In this document: in pieces, positions 57,334-64,000 of the stretch
How the letters are laid out: each line of letters opens with the position of its first letter
How positions within the stretch are numbered: the first letter of the stretch is position 1
DNA from: Halorussus marinus
GTDB taxonomy: Archaea > Halobacteriota > Halobacteria > Halobacteriales > Haladaptataceae
Direction of reading: 5' to 3'
Assembly: GCF_004765795.1 (NCBI RefSeq)
Contig: NZ_SBIV01000001.1
Coordinates: forward strand, 372,001 to 436,000
Length of the DNA stretch: 64,000 nt
Translations under genes and position numbers: made by a program
Notes under the pieces: generated by a model
Told to the model about the DNA's origin: nothing
Database searches by the model: none
What the model saw: the letters and a program-made list of their open reading frames with translations, nothing else

Positions 57334-57852
57334 CTACCCGTCGGCGTCCGTCCCGTCGCGAGTCGGGACCGACGCCAGCGCGTCCTCGGCGATCCGGAGC
57401 GCGTCGGGGCCGTCGCGGCGCTCGACCGCGACCGCGAGCGCCTCGCCCGCGAGGCCCGCGGCCCGGACGTCCGCGCCCTCGGCGTCCAGTCGTCCCAGAA
57501 CGTGTGCCAGCGCCGCGGCGTCGACCTCGCCGGTCGCGAGGACGGCGGTGAGCGACCCCGCGCCGGGCGCGAGCGCGATCCCGCCGACCGCGAGCACCGG
57601 GTCGTCGGCCCCCTCGCTCGCGATCCCGACGCCGCTGGTCATGGTGACCCGGACGTCGCGCGAATCGACCGTACGTTCCGAGAGCGTCTCGGCGAACCTC
57701 CGGAGCGCGGTCGCGACCGACTCGGTGTCGCCGTCGACGTCGTCGGCCAGCGCTCGCGCCGCGGCGGTGTAGTTGACGACGCCCGCGCGCAGGGCGGCCA
57801 GCAGGACGGGGCGATCACGGACCGCGGCGCGCGCGTCTTCGGCGAGTGACAT
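57334..57852 (-). CDS. Conserved hypothetical protein (HTH-like N-terminus, ACT-like C-terminus)
   Basis: LRAGVVNYTAAAR...ATALRRF pattern. Confidence 0.7.
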   Translation of the reverse strand: MSLAEDARAAVRDRPVLLAALRAGVVNYTAAARALADDVDGDTESVATALRRFAETLSERTVDSRDVRVTMTSGVGIASEGADDPVLAVGGIALAPGAGSLTAVLATGEVDAAALAHVLGRLDAEGADVRAAGLAGEALAVAVERRDGPDALRIAEDALASVPTRDGTDADG

Positions 57853-57916
57853 GGGTGTGGGCTCGGAGCCGACGGGTAAAACGGTTGGGTGCTGTCGGAC
57901 CGAACGAACCGGGGCG

Positions 57917-58504
57917 TCACCGGACGAGAAGGTAGCCGGCGGCCGCGAGGCTGGCGATCACGGCCCCGACGCCGACGAGGACGACCGCGCTGTCGGCCAG
58001 CAGTGCGGTGCTCGCGGCGACCGCGACCGCGAACAGCCCGAGCGCCGCAAGCGGCGCGTTCGCGCCGAGGTCCGGGTCGACGCCGCCGAGTCCACCGTCG
58101 GCGTCGTCGTCGCGGTCGCGGTCCGGGGCGGGTGCGGCGAGCGCCTCGTCGACCGCGACGGTCTCCTCGCTCTCCTCGGGGTCGACGATCGAGACGCTGA
58201 CGTAGTCGGTCTCGGCGCCGTGACCGGTGACGATCTTGAGCTGGCCGTCGACCGGTCGGGGGCCGTCCTCGACCTCGACGTTCACCTGCCGGGCGGTGTC
58301 GGCGCCCACGAAGTGGTTGTTCGCCCGGATCGACGCCACCGACGAGAGCTCGTCGTCGAGCCGGAGGTGGACGTGGACCGGCGCGTCGCCGTTGTTCAGC
58401 ACGACGGCGAACGAGCCGGTCGCCTCGAACGCGGTCGCTGTCCGGATGTCGTGGAGCCGGTCGTCGTTCAGGTGGACGGTGAGGTTCTCTGACACTCGGT
58501 TCAC
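57917..58504 (-). CDS. Conserved hypothetical protein with two C-terminal TMs
   Basis: VHLN...PVHVHL...GQLKIVTGHG followed by a hydrophobic C-terminus. Confidence 0.7.
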   Translation of the reverse strand: MNRVSENLTVHLNDDRLHDIRTATAFEATGSFAVVLNNGDAPVHVHLRLDDELSSVASIRANNHFVGADTARQVNVEVEDGPRPVDGQLKIVTGHGAETDYVSVSIVDPEESEETVAVDEALAAPAPDRDRDDDADGGLGGVDPDLGANAPLAALGLFAVAVAASTALLADSAVVLVGVGAVIASLAAAGYLLVR

Positions 58505-58530
58505 ACCTTCGCGCCCGGGTAGAAAAAAGT

Positions 58531-58722
58531 TCAGGCCTCGACGTCCCGCATGTCGGGAGGTAGCAGGTTCGGGATGCCGTCTTCGATCGGGTAGGTCTCA
58601 CCGCACTCGGTGCAGGTCAGCGTGCCCGCGAGGACCTCCTCGTCGTCGGTCTCGGTCGCGTCGAGTTCGAGCTCCTGCTTGTCCAGCGGACAACAGATGA
58701 TGTCCATCAGCGACTCCTTCAT
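58531..58722 (-). CDS. trm112: Methyltransferase activator Trm112
   Basis: MKESLMDIICCPLDK...CTECGETYPIEDGIPNLL. Confidence 0.92.
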   Translation of the reverse strand: MKESLMDIICCPLDKQELELDATETDDEEVLAGTLTCTECGETYPIEDGIPNLLPPDMRDVEA

Positions 58723-58831
58723 GGGTTGGACTGTGTGGGGACGGGCCAAAAGCGTGACGGGTTTCGGGTGGGCGAACCCCCGCTCGATGGCGTCGCTCGG
58801 TTCGGTTCGACGGCCGGCTCCGAGGTGACCG

Positions 58832-59062
58832 TCACGGCTCCGACAGTTCCGGCTCGGGCTCGTCGGTCGAGAGCTCGTCGGCGATGTGGGCGGCCAGCGT
58901 GCGGGCCGCCGCCTCGTGGTCGGCCTTCCGGTGTTGGATCTGATAGGGTCCTACCTCGGCGTCGTACTTCGGGAACGACTCGGGCAGATCGTGACGGTCC
59001 GCGAGGTACTCGTGAACAGCCGCGAGCAGCGCGTGCACGTAGATGAGCTCGACTTTTTGCAT
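58832..59062 (-). CDS. UPF0058-family protein
   Basis: MQKVELIYVHALL...Y...VGPYQIQHRKADHEAA. Confidence 0.75.
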   Translation of the reverse strand: MQKVELIYVHALLAAVHEYLADRHDLPESFPKYDAEVGPYQIQHRKADHEAAARTLAAHIADELSTDEPEPELSEP

Positions 59063-59220
59063 TCTCCTCGCGCGGCGGTCGGTCCACCGTCCAGTGGTCG
59101 TGGCGTCGACGGCGCCGCCCCGACGCGCCGCGCAGAACTAGAGAGTCCGCGTCTCCTTAAATCGTCGCCGCCCTATATAGGTCGTCCGGCCGAATTCCGG
59201 GCCGTCCGCTCACCTCGGGG

Positions 59221-60576
59221 TCACTCGAAGGGGTCTTCGAGCACGACCGTCTCCTCGCGACCGGGGCCGACGCCGACCGCGTAGATGTCGGTGTCGAGTT
59301 CGTCGCTGACGTACTCGAGGTACGCTCGGGCGTTCTCCGGGACCGCGTCGTACCCCTCCTCGGCGACCGCCGCCCAGTCGACGTCCGACCAGCCGTCGAA
59401 CCGCCGGAGGTTCGGCTCGCAGTCGGCCCACTGCTCGGTGGTGGCCGGCAGGGTGAACACTTCCTCGCCGTCGAGGTCGTAGCTGTGGCCCACCTTCACC
59501 TCGTCGAGACCCGCCAGCACGTCGATGTGGTTAATCGCGAGGCCCGTAAAGCCGTTCGCGCGCGCGGCGTGGCGCAACATCGGGATGTCGAGCCACCCAA
59601 CCCGGCGGGGCCGGCCCGTGACGGTGCCGTACTCGCCGCCCTCCTCGCGGATGTACTCGGCGAGCTCCTCGCTTTCGTCGTCGCCTTTCAGTTCGGTCGG
59701 GAGTGGGCCCGAGCCGACCCGCGAGAGGTACGCCTTCACGATCCCGACGACCTCGCCCCGCCCGACCGTCGTCGGGCCGACGCCCGTCCCGGTCGCGGCG
59801 TAGCCCGCGGTGGGGTTCGAGGAGGTGACGTAGGGGTAGTTGCCGTGGTCGATGTCGATCGAGGTGCCTTGTGCACCCTCGAACATGACCTCCTCGCCGC
59901 GCTCGATGCGATCGGCGAGGAAGGCCCCGGCGTTGACGGTCATGTCCTCCTCGCGAAGCCGGCGTCCGTACTCGCTGTACTCCTCGTGGATCGCGTCGAC
60001 GTCGAACGCCGATCCGATCTCCTCGTCGGCGTCGGGGCCGTCGACGTCCACGCCGAACACGTCCTCGGCGAGCGCGCGCTTCTGGGCCACCACGTACTCG
60101 AGTTTCTCGCGGAGGCCCTCCGGGTCGAGCAGGTCGGCGATCCGGAGCCCGCGCCGGCCGACCTTGTCCTCGTAGGTCGGCCCGATCCCGCGGCCCGTCG
60201 TGCCGACTTTCATGTCCGAGTCGCTTTTGGCCTCCTCTTCGATGCCGTCGAGCACGCGGTGATACGGGAGGATGACGTGCGCGCGCTCGGCGACCCGCAC
60301 GTCGGGAGCCAGCCCCCGGTCGCGGAGGTCGTCGATCTCCTCGAACAGCGTCGCGGGGTTGACCACACAGCCGTTGCCGAGCACGCCGACCTTGTCCCGC
60401 ACCGCGCCGCTTGGGACGAGCGAGAGTTTGTACTCCGTCCCGCCCTCGACGACGGTGTGGCCCGCGTTGTCCCCGCCCTGATAGCGAGCGACGACGTCGG
60501 CGGCGTCGCCGAAGAGGTCGACGACCCCGCCCTTGCCCTCGTCTCCGAGTTGCGATCCGACGATAGTTACGGTCAT
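59221..60576 (-). CDS. purA: Adenylosuccinate synthetase
   Basis: GDEGKG, GGDNAGHT, GTTGRGIGPTY, EGAQG and GTVTGRPRR. Confidence 0.97.
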   Translation of the reverse strand: MTVTIVGSQLGDEGKGGVVDLFGDAADVVARYQGGDNAGHTVVEGGTEYKLSLVPSGAVRDKVGVLGNGCVVNPATLFEEIDDLRDRGLAPDVRVAERAHVILPYHRVLDGIEEEAKSDSDMKVGTTGRGIGPTYEDKVGRRGLRIADLLDPEGLREKLEYVVAQKRALAEDVFGVDVDGPDADEEIGSAFDVDAIHEEYSEYGRRLREEDMTVNAGAFLADRIERGEEVMFEGAQGTSIDIDHGNYPYVTSSNPTAGYAATGTGVGPTTVGRGEVVGIVKAYLSRVGSGPLPTELKGDDESEELAEYIREEGGEYGTVTGRPRRVGWLDIPMLRHAARANGFTGLAINHIDVLAGLDEVKVGHSYDLDGEEVFTLPATTEQWADCEPNLRRFDGWSDVDWAAVAEEGYDAVPENARAYLEYVSDELDTDIYAVGVGPGREETVVLEDPFE

Positions 60577-60791
60577 TACGCGGAGTGATTCTCGCCGATT
60601 CCCTAAACCGATTTCGATCGTTACGCCCCGAAAATGCACGTCCGTGGATACTACTTCGCGACCGGTGTGAGAAAAGCGCACTATCGAGGATACACCGGAT
60701 CGCCGACACCGGACGGCCTGACCAGAACCGTTAACTGTTCGCACCGACAAGCATCGATCTGATCCGGAACACCGCGGTCCGGGACAATAAC

Positions 60792-60799
60792 TTTTAAAA
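60792..60799 (+). promoter_or_regulatory. TATA box for the wHTH gene at 60826
   Basis: TTTTAAAA about 27 nt upstream of the ATG, consistent with a leaderless transcript. Confidence 0.55.
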
Positions 60800-60825
60800 C
60801 CCTCTAAGACAAGTTAACACATGCC

Positions 60826-61131
60826 ATGATAGATAGACTGGAGAAGGAAGTCGATATGCTGGAACGACATCTTCAGGTGCTGAAGATGGTCATCGAGAGC
60901 GAACCGATCGGCATCGTGAAGATGTCGAACGAGACCGGCTACCCCCACCACAAGGTTCGGTACTCCCTCCGGGTTCTCGAAGAGGAGAACCTTATCGAAC
61001 CCTCGAGCCAGGGTGCGATCACGACCGAGCGCACCGAGGAGTTCGTCTCCGAACTCGACGGTAAGATCGACGAGACGACCGCGAAACTCGAGGAGATGAA
61101 GATCAGCGAGACGCCCGAAGCCGAGAACTAA
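60826..61131 (+). CDS. Conserved small winged-HTH-like protein
   Basis: PIGIVKMSNETGYPHHKVRYSLRVLEEENLIEPSSQGA. Confidence 0.85.
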   Translation: MIDRLEKEVDMLERHLQVLKMVIESEPIGIVKMSNETGYPHHKVRYSLRVLEEENLIEPSSQGAITTERTEEFVSELDGKIDETTAKLEEMKISETPEAEN

Positions 61132-63491
61132 AGCTCCGGGACGTTCAGGTGGAAGCCGCCGCTTCGGGACTCGACTAAACAGAGGTGGAACCCGCGTTTC
61201 CGCGAGAGCTTGACGAAACTCGCTCTCTTCTCGCGGCTCAGAAGGCCGCCGCTGGTCGCCGTTTCCGTCGTCTCCAGGGCCGCGGGCTCGAAGAAGCTCT
61301 CGGTCACCTGGAACGCGCCGACGAGTTCTCCGTGAGCCTGCGCGACGCCGGTCGCGGCGTCGACGAGCGATCCCATCATCTCCCCTGTCGTGGGGTCACG
61401 CGAATCGTTTAGGTCCGCGACGATCAGGGGGTTTCCCATCCGGTCGCGCATGATGACGTCGAACGTCTCCTGGCGGGTGTCGTCGCCGTCGGTGCCCGCG
61501 CCGACCGACCCGTGGAAGTCGACCCGGTCGATCTTAGAGATCGCATCGTAGAGCCCCCGGAGGCGGCTCTCGTAGCCCGTCTCTCGGATCTCGTAGAGGA
61601 GCTGTTCGACGACCCACGAGGCGAACCGGTACTCGAAGGAGTCGGTGAGAAACTCCTCGAACGGCGCGCCGTCGACCGCGACGTCGGCCGCCTCGAACTG
61701 GGTGTGGTGTTCGAGCTGGAGGTTCGCGTTCACCTCGTCGGGCTCTGCGTCCCCCGCGGCCGCCTGTTCGAGGGTCGCGTCGCCCTTCGAGCGGTAGCGA
61801 ACGAAGAGGTTCGTCCCCTCGAAGGCCTCGCCCGCGCCGAGGCGCGAACTCGCGTCGACCGAGCCGCCCGATTCGGCCGCGTCGAGTTCGGATTCGAGGC
61901 GGTCGACCTCCTGGCGGAGCGCGTCGCGCTCGCGCGCCAACTCGTCGCGCTCGGACTTGATCGACGAGAGCCGACGCTTGAGTTTCTCGATCTCCTTGGT
62001 GCGCTGGCGGAGCTCCGACCGGACCTCCGCGACGCGCTCGTCGGCGTCGCCCGTCGGCTCGCCCGAAGACGGCTCGCGGGCCTTCGACGCTCGGCTCGAC
62101 TCGCCGCTCGCCCGCGGGTCGTCGGTCCGCGAACGGTCCGCCGCTCCGGAGCGTCGGCCCGCCGACCCGCTCGAGGGCTCGGAACCGCCGCGACTCTCGG
62201 TCGCCGACCCCGACGAGGACGGCGAGGGGGTCGACCCCGCCGCGGCGCGCTCGCCGGTCCGCTCGGGACCCGCGTCGTCGGCTGTCCGGTCGGGGTCGAG
62301 CGAGGGAATCGTGGTGGTCTCGCGCCACTCGGCCTCGCCTTCGAACATCTCGCCGTCGTCGCTCTGACGTTCGTCCGACGATTCGCCCGAACCGGTCGGC
62401 GTGGTCGGCTCGTCTTCGCCGGCGTCGGCCGGCGATTCGTCCGCCGCCGCGCTCGGCGTCGGCTCGGATTGCACCTCGGCGCTCGCGGCGCCACCGGCCG
62501 GCTCCGCGGAGTCGGTATCGGCGACCTCGGCTCCGGTGGTCGCCTCGGTCGGGGCGGACTCGGCCGATGAGGTATCGGGAGAGCGTTCGGCCGGGGCGTC
62601 GCCGGCGTCGGTCGACGCCTCGGCGGTCGGTCCGCCACCGAGCGCCGACTGGTCGCCACGCTCCCGAGCACTTTGCGCGGCGTTATCTCGCGCGTCCGCG
62701 CGCTCGGACCGACTGCCCGTCCCGGACGCGGTTCGTCTCTCGGTCTCCGTCCCGGACGCGTCTCGGGCTCCGGACGGATCGCCGCCTCGGGAGGGGTCGG
62801 TCTCGGTCGCGTCGGTCGCCGGCGAGGCGTCGGCCCCCTCGGACGGCCCTCGGCGCTGGTCGCGTCCGGTGGCGGGCGTCGAGTCCGGGGCCGTCCCGCC
62901 GTCAGCGCCGCCGGCGCTCGGAGCATCCGGGGCGGGGTCGTCGGGCTCCTCGGGTTCGGGGAGGTCGATCACGTCGATGTCGACGTCGGTGACTTTGTAG
63001 ATGCCCACCTCGTCGGCCGCCCGTTCGAACGCCTCATCGCCGGAGACGACCTGTTCGCTCGCGCCGACGAACGCCACGCTCATCGAGCGCCCGCCGTAGT
63101 AGGCGACGTAGTAGTCCCCGCTCAGGACGTTCTCGCTGAGTTCGATGAAACCAGTGAACCCGCCGTCGCTGAGCGTCGAATCGACCTCCGTCAGCGGCGT
63201 GTCGTTGGTGTAGTACTTGGCTCGCGTGTCGCCGCCGGTCTCTTGCATGCTGAAGAGCAGCGGGAGCGAGGGGTGTGGCGCGGCGTACGCGGTTCCGTCG
63301 GCGTCCTCGAAGTCGTCCAGATCGCCCTCGTGGACGCCGATTGCCCGCCCGTTGAGCATGAACAGCCACGCCCCACCCGTTCGTACCGCCCCCGAGAACT
63401 CCCCGTCGGAGAGTTCGCGCAGGCCGGCGTACCCGCCCGAGAACGGACGGGAGTTCCAGCCTTCGACCTGCTCGACCGTGCGCGTTTCCAT
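61128..63491 (-). CDS. Conserved haloarchaeal multidomain protein (globular N-domain, disordered linker, coiled coil, C-terminal alpha/beta domain)
   Basis: Acidic ORF starting at ATG 63491; low-complexity middle; heptad-rich RVAEVRSELRQRTKEIEKLKRRL. Confidence 0.8.
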   Translation of the reverse strand: METRTVEQVEGWNSRPFSGGYAGLRELSDGEFSGAVRTGGAWLFMLNGRAIGVHEGDLDDFEDADGTAYAAPHPSLPLLFSMQETGGDTRAKYYTNDTPLTEVDSTLSDGGFTGFIELSENVLSGDYYVAYYGGRSMSVAFVGASEQVVSGDEAFERAADEVGIYKVTDVDIDVIDLPEPEEPDDPAPDAPSAGGADGGTAPDSTPATGRDQRRGPSEGADASPATDATETDPSRGGDPSGARDASGTETERRTASGTGSRSERADARDNAAQSARERGDQSALGGGPTAEASTDAGDAPAERSPDTSSAESAPTEATTGAEVADTDSAEPAGGAASAEVQSEPTPSAAADESPADAGEDEPTTPTGSGESSDERQSDDGEMFEGEAEWRETTTIPSLDPDRTADDAGPERTGERAAAGSTPSPSSSGSATESRGGSEPSSGSAGRRSGAADRSRTDDPRASGESSRASKAREPSSGEPTGDADERVAEVRSELRQRTKEIEKLKRRLSSIKSERDELARERDALRQEVDRLESELDAAESGGSVDASSRLGAGEAFEGTNLFVRYRSKGDATLEQAAAGDAEPDEVNANLQLEHHTQFEAADVAVDGAPFEEFLTDSFEYRFASWVVEQLLYEIRETGYESRLRGLYDAISKIDRVDFHGSVGAGTDGDDTRQETFDVIMRDRMGNPLIVADLNDSRDPTTGEMMGSLVDAATGVAQAHGELVGAFQVTESFFEPAALETTETATSGGLLSREKRASFVKLSRKRGFHLCLVESRSGGFHLNVPEL

Positions 63492-63533
63492 GTTACGGTC
63501 AAGCCAAAGCCCTTCTAAATATCTTGCGGCCCG

Positions 63534-63900
63534 CGACCTTTTGCTGCGGGCGCGCCCCGAGCGGCGCGCCCTTGCAAAAGCTCGATCAAAATCCTGCGTC
63601 ACCCCCTTCGGGGGTTCCTTGGTCCGCTCGCTCGGGCTTCGCCCTCGCTCTCGGTACAATTGCTCGCCTCCCGTGGACGATGGGAGTCACGAAGGTCACA
63701 AAACAGTGCGTGGCTCGGGGACACGTTCCACGGACCCACACCACAATCCGCCGCGAGCGACCGAAGGGAGCGAGCGGACCAAGGAACCGTCGAAGGAACA
63801 CCCGAGCGAAGCGAGGGTGTGACTGAGGCGGTGACGCCGTGTTTTTGATCGAGCTTTTGCAAGCGAGCGCCGCTCGGGGCGCGAGCGCAGCAAAAGGTCG
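63534..63900. repeat. 367-bp nested palindromic (REP/MITE-like) intergenic element
   Basis: About 58-bp near-perfect terminal inverted repeats CGACCTTTTGCTGCG...GCAAAAGCTCGATCAAAA, plus an inner 21-bp IR GGTTCCTTGGTCCGCTCGCTC/GAGCGAGCGGACCAAGGAACC. Confidence 0.9.
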
Positions 63901-63902
63901 TT

Positions 63903-64000
63903 TTAGATCTTAGACTCGGCGTCGTCGGCGAGTTCCTGCATGCGCTTGCCGATGCGGCCGGCCTCGCTGAACTCGTCGTCGCTCATCGCGGTCGCGAGCG
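63903..64000 (-). CDS. 3' end of a probable UPF0058-family gene (partial): ...LATAMSDDEFSEAGRIGKRMQELADDAESKI*
   Basis: Open minus-strand frame ending in TAA at 63903-63905; C-terminus resembles haloarchaeal UPF0058 proteins (from recall). Confidence 0.7.
   Translation of the reverse strand, partial: LATAMSDDEFSEAGRIGKRMQELADDAESKI

Overview
High-GC chromosomal window from a halophilic archaeon (class Halobacteria), judged from acidic proteins, TATA-type promoters, Tat signals, a PGF-CTERM sorting signal, Trm112, and queCDE for archaeosine; the genus cannot be fixed from sequence alone. In order it holds: an amidohydrolase and a membrane-anchored wHTH protein; tRNA-Glu(CUC); a 959-bp lower-GC cassette with terminal inverted repeats and a 4-bp target duplication that carries only a cupin gene and no transposase; transport and signalling genes; a nosL/D-F-Y-like ABC operon with no nosZ in the window; and a membrane protein with 33 tetrapeptide repeats coupled to a PiT/CysP-like permease. 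Next is a ~23-kb surface-glycan locus (two FemAB-like GNATs, two AlkP-superfamily enzymes, three Tat-exported GH16s, three glycosyltransferases, a deacetylase, three mosaic ATP-grasp ligases, a flippase, DUF2206- and DUF1616-like proteins). The rest is trxB, a ComEC-like/lamin-tail lipoprotein, queD-queE-(antisense gene)-queC, two ~1200-aa PKD surface proteins, a DMT transporter, corA, cysS, trm112, purA, conserved hypotheticals, and a 367-bp nested palindromic element. No CRISPR array, rRNA, integrase or transposase was seen. Family and DUF names come from motif recognition and recall, not database searches.
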